A stretch of 64,000 nucleotides of DNA from Candidatus Eiseniibacteriota bacterium (GCA_963762255.1 CAVXKA010000001.1:896001-960000); one strand, 5' to 3'. Numbered from the stretch's first letter, positions 27,682-37,762 are shown. Notes: a model not told the origin generated them from the sequence alone. Program-made: numbers and translations.

Positions 27682-29270
27682 CCCCCAAGACCTTTTACAT
27701 CACCTGCGCGATCGACTACGTGAATTCGAACCCGCACCTGGGAACGGCCTACGAGAAGATCGCGGCCGACGCGCTGGCTCGCTATCACCGCCTCGCCGGC
27801 GACGACGTCTACTTCCTCATGGGCACGGATGAGCACAGCCTCAACGTGGAGCGCGCCGCCCGCAAGCAGGGCGTGGAGCCGCTCGCCTACACCGACACCA
27901 TGGCCGCGCGCTTCGAAGAGGTATGGCGGTCGCTGGAACTCTCCTACGACGTGTTCATCCGCACGTCGGAGGCGCGTCACCACCGCTCGGTGCAGGAACT
28001 CTTCCGCCGCATCAACGACCGCGGCGACATCTTCAAGGGGAAGTACGAAGGCTACTACTGCGTCGGTTGTGAAGGGTTCAAACAGGAGAAGGACTTGGTC
28101 GAGGGTCTCTGCCCGGTGCACCGCACCAAGCCCGACTGGATCGAAGAGGAAAACTACTTCTTCCGGCTCTCGCGCTACGCACAGCCGCTTCTCGATCACT
28201 TCAGCGCCCACCCGGACTTCCTGGTGCCTGTGTCGCGCCGCAACGAGATCGTGAAGGTGATCGAGGGGGGCCTCGACGACATCAGCGTGTCGCGCCCCGG
28301 CAGCGGATGGGGGGTGCCGCTCCCGCTCGATCCCACCCAGCGCGTGTACGTCTGGTTCGACGCGCTCATCAACTACATCACCGGGGCCGGGTTCGCGTCG
28401 GACGCTCCCGAAGACCAGGCGCGTTTCGCTCGGTTCTGGCCAGCCGACATCCACGTGATCGGCAAGGACATCACGCGCTTCCATGCCGTGATCTGGCCGG
28501 CCATGCTGATGAGCGCCGGCGTCGCGCTGCCGCGGCAGATCCTCGGCCACGGATGGGTGACCTTCAAGGGCGAGAAGCTCTCGAAATCGCTCGGGAACAT
28601 CGTCGAGCCGCTCTCGGTGACCTCGAAGTTCGGACCGGACCCGCTGCGCTATTACCTGCTCAAGGAAGTGCCGCTCACGCGCGACGGCGATTTCACATGG
28701 GATCTCTTCATCGAACGCTACAACAGCGAACTCGCCAACGATCTCGGAAACCTCGTGAGCCGCACGGTCACGATGGCGGTGAAGTATTTCGACGGCCGTG
28801 TCCCCGCGATGTGCGATCTGGAGAGCGGGGGACCGGACCGGGATCTGCACAGCGCGGCCGAGCGCGCGCTGGCCGAATACAGGCACGCCTTCGACGGGTT
28901 GGCGGTGGACGAGGCGATCGCCGCCGCGTGGTCGCTCGTGCGGCGCGCGAACCAGTACATCGAAGAGACCGCCCCATGGAAGGTGGCGAAGGAGGCGGGC
29001 CCGATCGCGGCGGGCGAACCGCTTTCCGCCGGCGCCGCGCGGTTGGCCACGATCATGAACGCGCTTCTGGAATCGGTGCGGCTCTCGGCGCTCATGCTCA
29101 CGCCGATCCTGCCGGGGAAGTGCGCCGAGATCCGCGCGCGGCTCCAGAGCGGCATGCCCGAGGGTGAGTTGTCGCTCGCGCATGCGCGCTGGGCGCCGGT
29201 GGAGTTCCGGCCGGCGGCGGCGCTGACCAAGCCGGAGCCGCTCTTCCCGCGGATCGAGGCGGAGGCGTAG
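27678..29270 (+). CDS. metG: methionine--tRNA ligase (short form, no C-terminal tRNA-binding domain)
   Basis: HIGH-like HLGT, GTDEH, zinc knuckle C..CE...CPVH, YVWFDAL, IGKDI.RFH, KLSKS, ends LFPRIE. Confidence 0.96.
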   Translation: MTPKTFYITCAIDYVNSNPHLGTAYEKIAADALARYHRLAGDDVYFLMGTDEHSLNVERAARKQGVEPLAYTDTMAARFEEVWRSLELSYDVFIRTSEARHHRSVQELFRRINDRGDIFKGKYEGYYCVGCEGFKQEKDLVEGLCPVHRTKPDWIEEENYFFRLSRYAQPLLDHFSAHPDFLVPVSRRNEIVKVIEGGLDDISVSRPGSGWGVPLPLDPTQRVYVWFDALINYITGAGFASDAPEDQARFARFWPADIHVIGKDITRFHAVIWPAMLMSAGVALPRQILGHGWVTFKGEKLSKSLGNIVEPLSVTSKFGPDPLRYYLLKEVPLTRDGDFTWDLFIERYNSELANDLGNLVSRTVTMAVKYFDGRVPAMCDLESGGPDRDLHSAAERALAEYRHAFDGLAVDEAIAAAWSLVRRANQYIEETAPWKVAKEAGPIAAGEPLSAGAARLATIMNALLESVRLSALMLTPILPGKCAEIRARLQSGMPEGELSLAHARWAPVEFRPAAALTKPEPLFPRIEAEA

Positions 29271-29325
29271 CGAGGGATCGGAGCCGGCCGATGGCCCCGT
29301 CCCCGTAGTCGATCCAATAGAAGCC

Positions 29326-29334
29326 TGCTATACT
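29326..29334 (+). promoter_or_regulatory. extended -10 element TGCTATACT
   Basis: Near-consensus TGn-TATACT in the intergenic region about 95 nt upstream of ATG 29430. Confidence 0.5.
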
Positions 29335-29429
29335 TCCAATGCTTTGCCCCCCAACCAGTTCGTCGGCGGGGCCCCCTCGTCTCCTCGGAAGCGGCCAGGC
29401 CGGCGGCGGTGCACCAACACGGGAGGGAC

Positions 29430-32400
29430 ATGATGCGTCCCGGTCACCGACTGCGTCTGCTTGTCCTGGCCCTCATTCTCGCCGTCCTGGCGGTCATTGT
29501 TTTCACGAAGACCGCGGGCTCGCGCCCCCTCGCCGGGGAGCTTCCCAAGCCCGTCGACGACGGCGCCGCCCTGGACTGGCGCGAGTTGGGCACGGTCGCC
29601 GGACCCGCGGGGGTCCTGAACGCCGCCGGTCAGGAGACGGTCTGGTTCGGAGGGACGGTGTGGGCCGCCGACTCCGCGCGCTGGGAGGCGATCGAGGACG
29701 GCACCTGGACCTTCGACAGCGGGGTGGGCTCGAACTTCAACCACAGCGCACCCTGGGTGAACCCGTACAAGGACCCATCGCTCCACGCGACCATGGAGGG
29801 TTGGATCGGCATCGACAACACCTACAGCGAGATCCGGTACTTCCGGCGCCTGACGACCGCCGACTTTGCGGGCTCGCCATCGGTGTGCGTGGGCTCGACC
29901 GCGGGCTTGGGCGGTAGCGCGTCACTCTGGTGCGGTGTGTTGCGCACCGAGGCCGACTCGCTCTGCTATGCGGAGCGCATGGGCTACGGCAACAGTTGGT
30001 TCGTGTGCATGGAGCACGCGTTCAGCTACAACGGGTCGGGGACAGTGGCCCTTCAGTACACCTACCGGGTGGATGTGGAGTCCGGTTGGGACTATGTCTA
30101 CATCTATGCAGACACCACCGGCAGCGATGCCGACGTGGACGTGACGCAGTACACGGGCGCGGCTTCGGGGACGGCGAATCTTACGCTCACACCTGGCGCC
30201 ACGATGCGGACTACTCCCGGGCCCTACGCGATCAAGTTCTGCGTGGACTCGGACGGGGCCTACTCGGACGAGGATGGGCTCTACGCGAGCGCGTGCGGAG
30301 CGCTGGCTCTCGATGACATCCACGTGACCGGGGGGGGCACCAACCACACCGCGACCTTCGAGACCGGCAATGACGGCTGGACGCTTTCCCCGGCGCGGCC
30401 GGGACCGGGCGGAGACTGGTCGGACATCATGCACGTGAGCGACCTGCCGCCGACCTCCACGGTCTACGACGGGTGCCGAACCGGGTGCGGGCTGTGGGAC
30501 TCCGTGCTCGTGTTCAACGACCTCTCCGTGGGTGGCGCCGGAGGCCACGGGATCTATCAGGACAACATCGCGATGTCGCCCTGGATCGATCTGCGCGCGG
30601 CGGGGTTGATGGGCAAGCCGATCAAGTTCATCGAGTTCTATACCTATCAGGACCTGCCGCTCCCCAACTACATCTTTCCGCAGACGGTGGCGCAATGGTA
30701 CCCGGAGATCTGTGCGGCTACGGGCAAGGTGGTCACCAGCAGCATCACTTCGGATGGGGGGGTGATCTACTTCTATCCCCCGCCGCCGTGTACCTACCCG
30801 GGATTTCCGCGCCGGACGAATTACGCCAGCGTGATTCCCGCCGATGCCGAACAGGTGCGGATCGGGCTCGGCGTAATCAGCTACTGCCGCTACTACAGCA
30901 ACTGCGCCGGGGTCTCGAACGCGACCCCCTACTTCGACAACGTCCGGTTCGGCGTCGCGGGCTTGGGCGGCGCGCCTGCCCTCTCCGTCCGCACCCTTGA
31001 TGTTCCCCAGGACGCGTTCCCGCAAGATGGCACGCTGGACATGCGCTCTCCGGGCCGCGTGGACTGCAACACCGTGAAGGGCTCGGCCACACCCGAGGCA
31101 TCCACCTCGCTCGGCGACACGCTCACGGTGAACGGCGGATTCGGTGGGGCGGAGGTGCGCGTGGTTTTCGCCGTCTCGCCTGGTCCCGGCATCGATACCC
31201 CGCGTCTGAACGCGTGGCTGAGCAGCCATGCGTACGAAACGACCTGGCAGGGCCTGACCTGGTACTCGGCTCGCATGGACAGCGCAGAAGCAGGCGGCGG
31301 ACCGGTTGCGACCCGGTGGATGACGGCCTACCACGAAACGGATCCGAACTTCATCGGCGCCGACACCGACAGGGACCCCACCGATCTCGACCCGCTTGGA
31401 CAGATGAGCCGGCTCAAGAACGACATCTTCCCCGATGACCTGTTCACTCCCGGCTCCCGGCTCTGTGTGTTCTACAAGACGCGATACCTCACGGGCTCCA
31501 TCTGGTACACCGACCCGGATACCGCCGCCGGCAACTATTACGAGATGGAAGTGCTTCCCTCGTCGATGGCCGCGGACAGCACGTTCAACTGTCTCCTCTA
31601 CGTGGATCACGCCGACGGTCGCGGCGCGCAACCGGTGATCGAGGGGGCCCTGGGACGGCTCCTGCCCGCACGTCCCGGCAACTTCGAGCAGACCGCATGG
31701 GACCGCTGGGACGTGCGCGCGTCGGAGAGCCAGCAGGCCTCGTTCGGACGCCCCGCCAACACGCAGTACGGAGCGACCTCGTTGCAGGCGCTGGGCTACC
31801 GCACGATCCTCTGGGACGCCGGGGATCTCAGCGCGTTCACGCTGGTCGAAGAGGACGCCGCGGTGCTCATCCCCTGGCTCACGCTGAGCGGATCAGGACT
31901 CGGCGTACGCAACCTCTACTTGAGCGGCGACGGGATCGGCGAGAGCGTCACGTACGGAGCGGCGAGCGAGCCCGCGGCGCTGCAGCTCATCAACGAATAC
32001 GCCGGTGCCCAACTTGTCTGCGATGTGGTCCATGCATCGGACTGCCCGGCCGGCACTGTCCTGGACACCACCGGGTGCATGCCGCTCACGGAAGCGCCGG
32101 GGAGTCATTTCGGGCTCTCGTGGCCCGTGGTGGCCAAGGGGAGCGGCTGCTGGGAGAGGGCGTCGTTGGACGTGCTCTCGCCCAGCCCGCTCGCGCGTTC
32201 CGGCGACGCGCGCGGCAACTTGCTCTACAACGGCCCGATCAAGGGCGTCGTGGAGTGCGCCTCGGTCTCCAACTGGAACCAGAGCGGCGCGCCCTACAAG
32301 ACAGTCATCGACGGCATGACGGTGTCGCGGCTTCGGGATCCGGGGTGCACTGGCGTCAGCGGCGTGGACACACGGCTCAACGACGTCCTCACGTGGTTCG

Positions 32401-32759
32401 GTGTGACCGGTGGCGAGGCCTGCATGGACGTGGTGAGCAGCGTCAGTGTGCCCGGCGCGGAAGAGCCCGGTGCCGCAACGCGCTGGGGCCTCAGTCTGGC
32501 CGGCGGCGCGATCGCGCAAAGCGGTTCAGCGAGATTCCTGGTATCGGCGCCTTCGGGCGCGGAGGTCACCGTGCAGATCTTCGACGTTGCCGGCCGCCGC
32601 GTGCGCACCGTCTTCGCGGGGCGCTGGACCCAGGGCGAGCGCGATCTCGCGTGGAACTTGCGCGACGACGCGGGCCGCCGCGTTCCGGGCGGGCTCTACT
32701 TCGCGCGGCTCGCCGGCGCGGACCAGGCCTTCACGCGGAGGCTCGTGGTGCTGCCGTAG
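29430..32759 (+). CDS. large secreted Cys-rich protein with C-terminal FlgD Ig-like (T9SS-CTD-like) domain
   Basis: RBS GGGAGG, signal/TM N-terminus; beta-sandwich motifs YRVDVESGWDY and SDGAYSDED; C-terminal V.IFDVAGRRVRT......WNLRDDAGRRVPGGLYFARL. Confidence 0.82.
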   Translation: MMRPGHRLRLLVLALILAVLAVIVFTKTAGSRPLAGELPKPVDDGAALDWRELGTVAGPAGVLNAAGQETVWFGGTVWAADSARWEAIEDGTWTFDSGVGSNFNHSAPWVNPYKDPSLHATMEGWIGIDNTYSEIRYFRRLTTADFAGSPSVCVGSTAGLGGSASLWCGVLRTEADSLCYAERMGYGNSWFVCMEHAFSYNGSGTVALQYTYRVDVESGWDYVYIYADTTGSDADVDVTQYTGAASGTANLTLTPGATMRTTPGPYAIKFCVDSDGAYSDEDGLYASACGALALDDIHVTGGGTNHTATFETGNDGWTLSPARPGPGGDWSDIMHVSDLPPTSTVYDGCRTGCGLWDSVLVFNDLSVGGAGGHGIYQDNIAMSPWIDLRAAGLMGKPIKFIEFYTYQDLPLPNYIFPQTVAQWYPEICAATGKVVTSSITSDGGVIYFYPPPPCTYPGFPRRTNYASVIPADAEQVRIGLGVISYCRYYSNCAGVSNATPYFDNVRFGVAGLGGAPALSVRTLDVPQDAFPQDGTLDMRSPGRVDCNTVKGSATPEASTSLGDTLTVNGGFGGAEVRVVFAVSPGPGIDTPRLNAWLSSHAYETTWQGLTWYSARMDSAEAGGGPVATRWMTAYHETDPNFIGADTDRDPTDLDPLGQMSRLKNDIFPDDLFTPGSRLCVFYKTRYLTGSIWYTDPDTAAGNYYEMEVLPSSMAADSTFNCLLYVDHADGRGAQPVIEGALGRLLPARPGNFEQTAWDRWDVRASESQQASFGRPANTQYGATSLQALGYRTILWDAGDLSAFTLVEEDAAVLIPWLTLSGSGLGVRNLYLSGDGIGESVTYGAASEPAALQLINEYAGAQLVCDVVHASDCPAGTVLDTTGCMPLTEAPGSHFGLSWPVVAKGSGCWERASLDVLSPSPLARSGDARGNLLYNGPIKGVVECASVSNWNQSGAPYKTVIDGMTVSRLRDPGCTGVSGVDTRLNDVLTWFGVTGGEACMDVVSSVSVPGAEEPGAATRWGLSLAGGAIAQSGSARFLVSAPSGAEVTVQIFDVAGRRVRTVFAGRWTQGERDLAWNLRDDAGRRVPGGLYFARLAGADQAFTRRLVVLP

Positions 32760-32840
32760 GGGCCTCGCCTGACGAAGGCCCCGGCGGCCGGATCGGCCGA
32801 GTGCTCTCGGAAAGCGTTCCGGCCGCATTCATTCCCTTGA

Positions 32841-32879
32841 TTGACTTCTGGCTATAATCTGGCTATATTCTAGCCAGAA
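32841..32879 (+). promoter_or_regulatory. sigma70 promoter overlapped by TA operator repeats
   Basis: TTGACT(32841)-17 nt-TATATT(32864). TCTGGCTA occurs twice directly (32847, 32858) and once inverted (TAGCCAGA, 32871). Confidence 0.75.
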
Positions 32880-33025
32880 TGCGGCACGAGATTCTCCTCT
32901 CGCCCCAAGCTCTGGACGACCTGAAGCGCCTGCCGGCGCATGTCCGTGCTTCCGTAAAGGCCGGCATCGAGGAGTTCCGGAGATTCGAACCGGAGAAGGT
33001 CAGCAAGAGCCGCATCAAACGATAG
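32879..33025 (+). pseudogene. truncated RelE/ParE-family toxin (N-terminal 48 aa only)
   Basis: MRHEILLSPQALDDLKRLPAHVRASVKAGIEEFRRFEPEKVSKSRIKR*. The expected C-terminal half (YRLRVG..RV.Y) is missing and the antitoxin starts 13 nt later. Confidence 0.75.
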
Positions 33026-33037
33026 AGGTGAGTTGGA

Positions 33038-33283
33038 GTGAAGAAAGTAGCCCTGTCCGTGGTCAAGGACGATCTCTCCAAGTACCTGAGAATCGCCGAG
33101 AAGGAGGAGATCGTGATCACTCGTCACGGTAAGCCCGCCGGGGTGCTGATCGGTTTTGTCTCCGAGGACGAGTGGTTCGAGTACCGGTTGGAGCACGACC
33201 CCCGGTTCTTGAAGCGGGTCGAGGCGGCGAGGGAGAGCATCCGGGCGGGACGCGGCACCACGTTGGAGGACGTCGAGGAGTAG
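33038..33283 (+). CDS. Phd/YefM-family antitoxin
   Basis: VKDDLSKYLR.AE.EEIVITRHGKPAGVL prevent-host-death pattern; RBS GAGGTG. Confidence 0.9.
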   Translation: MKKVALSVVKDDLSKYLRIAEKEEIVITRHGKPAGVLIGFVSEDEWFEYRLEHDPRFLKRVEAARESIRAGRGTTLEDVEE

Positions 33284-33423
33284 AGGTTGTTGCCGACCGA
33301 GTTCACACGGCTGGACTCCCTTGCTTCACGCGTTCCCCCCCGCCTTGGACCCCGGGTGCCGTTCGTGGCATGATTACCCGCCGCGTTGCGCCATGCCGCG
33401 CCCCGCGTCCAACCCCAAATCAC

Positions 33424-34227
33424 ATGATCGACACCCACTGCCACCTCTCCCATCCGGACTTCGACGCCGACCGCGAGGCTGTGATCGCCCGCTGTTGGCA
33501 GGGGGGCGTCACCGCGATCCTCGAAGTGGGCTATTCCGTCGAGACCAGCCGGAGCGCGATCGACGTGGCCCGCCGTCATCCCGCGCGTATCCGCGCCTCG
33601 GTGGGGATCCACCCGCATGAGGCGGGACGCGCGAGCGAAGAGGACTTCACAGCGATCCAAGAACTCTCCCGCGAGCCCGAGGTGATCGCCATCGGCGAGA
33701 CCGGTCTCGACTTCTACCGCGACTGGGCGCCGCGCGATCGCCAGCTCGACCTCTTCACGAAGACCGTGCGCTTCAGCCTCGAGCGCGACTTGCCGCTCCT
33801 CATCCACGACCGCGACGCGCACGAGGACATCCTGCGCATCCTGCGCGAGGAAGGGCGCGGCGAGGCGCGCGGCATCTTCCACTGCTTCTCCGGCGACCTC
33901 GACGTGGCCAACGCCGCCATCGGTCTCGGCTTCTATCTCGGCCTCGGCGGGAGCATCACCTACATGAACCCGCGCAAAAAGAAGGGGCAGATGCTCGCCG
34001 AGCTGCCGCTCGATCGCATCCTTCTGGAGACGGACGCGCCGTGGCTTTCGCCGGAACCGGAGAAGGGCAAGCGCAACGATCCCACGCGCATGACGCATGT
34101 GGTGGCGCGCCTCGCCGAGGCGCAGGGCGTGACCGAGGACGAGATCGTCCGCCGCACTACGGAGAACGTCGCCCGCCTCTTTTCCCATGCCGCGCCCTGG
34201 CCGTCGCCGGGCAGCTCCGAGAACTAG
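33424..34227 (+). CDS. tatD: TatD family DNase
   Basis: MIDTHCHL, GIHPHE, IGETGLDFY, IHDRDA, FHCFSG, LETDAPWL. Confidence 0.95.
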   Translation: MIDTHCHLSHPDFDADREAVIARCWQGGVTAILEVGYSVETSRSAIDVARRHPARIRASVGIHPHEAGRASEEDFTAIQELSREPEVIAIGETGLDFYRDWAPRDRQLDLFTKTVRFSLERDLPLLIHDRDAHEDILRILREEGRGEARGIFHCFSGDLDVANAAIGLGFYLGLGGSITYMNPRKKKGQMLAELPLDRILLETDAPWLSPEPEKGKRNDPTRMTHVVARLAEAQGVTEDEIVRRTTENVARLFSHAAPWPSPGSSEN

Positions 34228-34231
34228 CCGC

Positions 34232-35221
34232 GTGCGCGACGACCGCCAGCAGGACCGCCGACCCCGGCGCGGGGACCGCCGCGAGGAGTCCCGCCGTCCC
34301 CGCCGCGGGGAGCCCCGCCCGCTGCGCGACGACGAGGGGCACAGCGACCACAACGCTCCCGCCTCCCACCCCAGGGCCAAGAAGCGCTTCAGCCAGAACT
34401 TCCTGGTCGACGGCAACATGGCGCGCAAGATCGTGGACCTCTGCCAAGTCAGGCCCGACGACACCGTTATCGAGATCGGCGCGGGAACGGGGGCGCTGAC
34501 CCGCCATCTCCTGCGGGCGGCCGGCCACCTCCACGCGGTGGAGCTGGACCGGGAACTTTTCGAGGGCCTCCGGGTCGAATTCGAGGACGAACCGAAACTC
34601 ACCCTCCACCAAGCCGACATCTTGAAGCTTCGCGTGCGCAACATGATCCCGGGAGGGCGAGCCCTCGTGGTGGGAAACCTCCCTTACGCCATCACCCATG
34701 ACCTCGTGTTGTGGCTGCTCGATCAGCACGCCGACATCCGGCGCGCGGTCGTGCTCATGCAGCGCGAGGTCGCGGCGCGGCTCTGCGCGGAACCGGGCGA
34801 GCGCGTCGGTGGAACGATGACGCTGGCCGTTCACTATCGCGCGGAGGCGGAGCGGATCCTCGATGTGCCCCCCGGCTGCTTCCGACCTGTGCCCAAGGTC
34901 ACTTCCAGCCTGGTGGCGTTTCGCTTCCGCGACGAACCCCCGGTGCACCCGCGCGATGAAGCGTTCTTCTTCCGCGTGATCCGCGCCGCTTTTGGCGAGC
35001 GACGCAAGACGCTCGCCAACTCGCTGGCCGCGGGCCTTGGCGAGCCGCGCGCCTCGGTGGAAGCGGCGGTACGCGACGCGGGTCTCGATCCCATGATCCG
35101 CGGCGAGCGGCTGACCCTCGAAGAGTTCACCCGGCTGGCGGATCGACTCGGTGAGCCGCGCGCCGATGGTAACGCACGCCCTGAGGCTGAGCCGTGCGCT
35201 GACGGAGAGCCGCAGCCGTGA
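34232..35221 (+). CDS. rsmA: 16S rRNA adenine dimethyltransferase
   Basis: KKRFSQNFL, IEIGAG.GALT, ELD, VGNLPY.I, MQREVA.R, F.P.PKV.S, R.E.L. Start codon uncertain. Confidence 0.95.
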   Translation: MRDDRQQDRRPRRGDRREESRRPRRGEPRPLRDDEGHSDHNAPASHPRAKKRFSQNFLVDGNMARKIVDLCQVRPDDTVIEIGAGTGALTRHLLRAAGHLHAVELDRELFEGLRVEFEDEPKLTLHQADILKLRVRNMIPGGRALVVGNLPYAITHDLVLWLLDQHADIRRAVVLMQREVAARLCAEPGERVGGTMTLAVHYRAEAERILDVPPGCFRPVPKVTSSLVAFRFRDEPPVHPRDEAFFFRVIRAAFGERRKTLANSLAAGLGEPRASVEAAVRDAGLDPMIRGERLTLEEFTRLADRLGEPRADGNARPEAEPCADGEPQP

Positions 35222-37092
35222 CCCGCCGCGGGCTCGCGTTCGCCCTCGTCCTTGTCGCGCTGATCCTCCCGCGTGCGGCGCGCGCGCAAGATGAGGCCGA
35301 AGCGGACTCCAGCGCCGCCGCGGCACTGCTCCAAGTGCTGAGTCCGCACTACAGCACGAGCTACGAGGTGAACCGACAGACCACCGCCTGGGGCCAGAGC
35401 TTCGACTTCGGAACCGGGTTCGGGTTCATGAACTTCAACAATCGGGCGAAGTTCGACGTGAAGCACGACTCGGATCGCAACGAGGAACGGCGGGACGGCA
35501 GCAACACCACAGATTTGCGCTGGTTCTTTATCCCCGGGGTGCCGCTGCACATGAACCTCAAGGCCGGGCGGCGCTCGGTGACTCGCCCCAACAACGAAGT
35601 GCAGTCGGACGAGCTGGGCACGAACCTGAGCGCGAACTACCGCGCCTTCCTTTTGGGGATCACCCACACCATCGATGGCGGAGGCGGGGTCGACCAGCGC
35701 AAGGACAGTAGTGTGAGCAACGCCCTCAGCTCTCGGAGCACCGACTCGGGGGTGAACGGCGACCTTGGGTATCGGTTCAAGTGGGTTTCGCACGGGGAGG
35801 TGTTCCTCGCCGACGGCGCGTACCGGGAGAAACGTTCGGATCGGACCCTGGAATTGAAGGAGTCCACCGTCGACACCGTCCAGAAGCAGCCGAGTTCCAG
35901 CCGCGAGCGGGCGACCAGCGCGAACTTCTCGTTCGCCCCGGACGATCGACTGGACGGGAAGATCTCAATTGGCGACAGCGCCAAGCGGAACCAACTGTAC
36001 GTGGTTCAGGGAGGCCTCGGTTCGCTTGACGACCAGGAGAACACCCGGTCGAACATCGACGGGGAGATCAACTTCAAGCCGAGGCCGACCATAGAGCTGG
36101 GGTTCCGTGCCGGTGCCGCCAAGTCCGCGTTCTTGTCCAAGGTGCGAGACGACCTGGCCTCGTCAGGCAACGGGACCTCCTGGGAGGCGACGCTCAAGAC
36201 GACGGTCTGGGGGACGAGTATCGACAGCAAACTGTCGGCGCGGAAAGACCGACTCGAACCGGCGGTGAGCGACACCACCGAGTCGGAGATGAGCAGTCTG
36301 GAAGGCAGGCTGAATCGTCGGCTCAACGGCAAGTTGATCGCCAAACTCGATTGGCTGGTGCGCGCCGACCGGTTGTACTACCAGACCTTTGAGCCCGCGG
36401 ATCGCTTCGATCGTGACGAGCTCAAGACCAAGCTCCAACCTTCACTGACCTACACACCGACCCTCACGTGGACCGTCACGACGACTTACATCCGCAGCGT
36501 CTCACGCCGGGTGGAGGTCAACCCGTCACGCGCCAACCAGACGCGCCGCGAAGAGGACTACACGATCGACTTCAACATCGGCCATCAGTTCAGCGCGGCT
36601 ACCAAGATGACGCAGACCTACTCCATCAAGGCGCTCACCACTCTCTTCGACTACGTGCCGGGCTCGGACCGTCTGCTTGCCACCCAACGCATCTCCACGG
36701 GCCTGACGTCGAATGTGACCGAGAGAGTGACCCTCACCCTCGATCATCGCTTCACCCTCCAGGATTCCGGCCCCTACATCCTCAAGGATGACGGCTCGCG
36801 GGGCTTTGCCCGCAGCCTGCGCAAGTATCGCCAGGAGCTGGCCAGCTCGGTGGAATACAAGGTCGCCGCCTGGTTCGTTCTCGATACCAACTCGCGCTTC
36901 CTGCGAACGGATGACCTGAACGAGGCAAGCGGCGCCCGCACCACCAGCCGCAGCCTGGAGATCAAGCACGGCTTTAACGTCGTCAGGAGTCTGGCCGGTG
37001 GGCTAAACTTCCAGGCGCGCGGCAGTTATGTGAACAGCAGCGCGCGTGACGCTTATTGGACCCTTTCGTCGAATCTGAGCAAGGACTTCTAG
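35218..37092 (+). CDS. putative outer-membrane beta-barrel protein, unknown family
   Basis: Signal peptide ending ARA-Q, many amphipathic beta-strand-like segments rich in S/T/Y/F, terminal strand ending in Phe (WTLSSNLSKDF). Confidence 0.75.
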   Translation: MTRRGLAFALVLVALILPRAARAQDEAEADSSAAAALLQVLSPHYSTSYEVNRQTTAWGQSFDFGTGFGFMNFNNRAKFDVKHDSDRNEERRDGSNTTDLRWFFIPGVPLHMNLKAGRRSVTRPNNEVQSDELGTNLSANYRAFLLGITHTIDGGGGVDQRKDSSVSNALSSRSTDSGVNGDLGYRFKWVSHGEVFLADGAYREKRSDRTLELKESTVDTVQKQPSSSRERATSANFSFAPDDRLDGKISIGDSAKRNQLYVVQGGLGSLDDQENTRSNIDGEINFKPRPTIELGFRAGAAKSAFLSKVRDDLASSGNGTSWEATLKTTVWGTSIDSKLSARKDRLEPAVSDTTESEMSSLEGRLNRRLNGKLIAKLDWLVRADRLYYQTFEPADRFDRDELKTKLQPSLTYTPTLTWTVTTTYIRSVSRRVEVNPSRANQTRREEDYTIDFNIGHQFSAATKMTQTYSIKALTTLFDYVPGSDRLLATQRISTGLTSNVTERVTLTLDHRFTLQDSGPYILKDDGSRGFARSLRKYRQELASSVEYKVAAWFVLDTNSRFLRTDDLNEASGARTTSRSLEIKHGFNVVRSLAGGLNFQARGSYVNSSARDAYWTLSSNLSKDF

Positions 37093-37093
37093 C

Positions 37094-37752
37094 ATGCGCG
37101 TCTGGATCGACTCGGGAACCCGCCGGATCGTAATGGGGTTGATCGTCATGATGGGCGGGGCGCTCGGTCTGGGCCTCTCCGCCTGCGGGCTCTTCGACAT
37201 CCGCGACGCCAGGCCCCCCGATGACGGGTCGACAGAGTTCTGCCAAGGAGACATCACCGACTTCTTCAGATATAGTTGTTGAAAACTTCGCGCTGGCAAT
37301 GGACTGCCGCGAAGATGGATCGGGGCTCTTTGCGCAGACTCTGGCCGATGGATTCATCCTCAAACTGGACCCGACGGACGCCTTCGATCTCGAACCGCTC
37401 GGTGTGACCCGCGACACGATCAACCGGGCGGAGACGATTCTCGCCCAGGAGCGGATCGTCAACAGCGCGGAGTTCCCCGACTCGTTCCTCTTCGTCTTCA
37501 CGCCCGTCGTGCCCCAGGACCAAGGAGGTAGTCAGGTCTACTATGAGAACATGCCGTACCGGCTGGGAATCTATCAGCAGGACGGAGATTCGACGTGGCT
37601 GGCCGCCGAGTACTTCGGGGACGGTCGACCTGACCGTATCCGAGGAACAGGCAGGCACTTGGGCGATCTCCCGATGGGTGGACCACGGGTTTGGGACCCC
37701 TGGCTCGACCCTCGGTTACCTGTACGCCCTGAAGGCACTGACTCCGGGCTAA
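37094..37752 (+). pseudogene. lipoprotein split by two +1 frameshifts (pseudogene or assembly error); divergent member of the downstream array
   Basis: Removing one C (37243-44) and one G (37617-20) gives a 218-aa ORF: lipobox LSAC, SPTSSDIVVENF, W.ISRW.D, STLGYL. Confidence 0.7.
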
Positions 37753-37753
37753 G

Positions 37754-37762
37754 TGCTAGAAT
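37754..37762 (+). promoter_or_regulatory. extended -10 element TGCTAGAAT
   Basis: Intergenic, about 85 nt upstream of the first intact array lipoprotein, which has RBS GGAGG. Confidence 0.45.

Noticed and set aside
32759-32782. GGGGCCT/AGGCCCC hairpin after the FlgD-Ig gene
   Set aside because: No U-tract and a short stem in GC-rich DNA; too weak to call a terminator.
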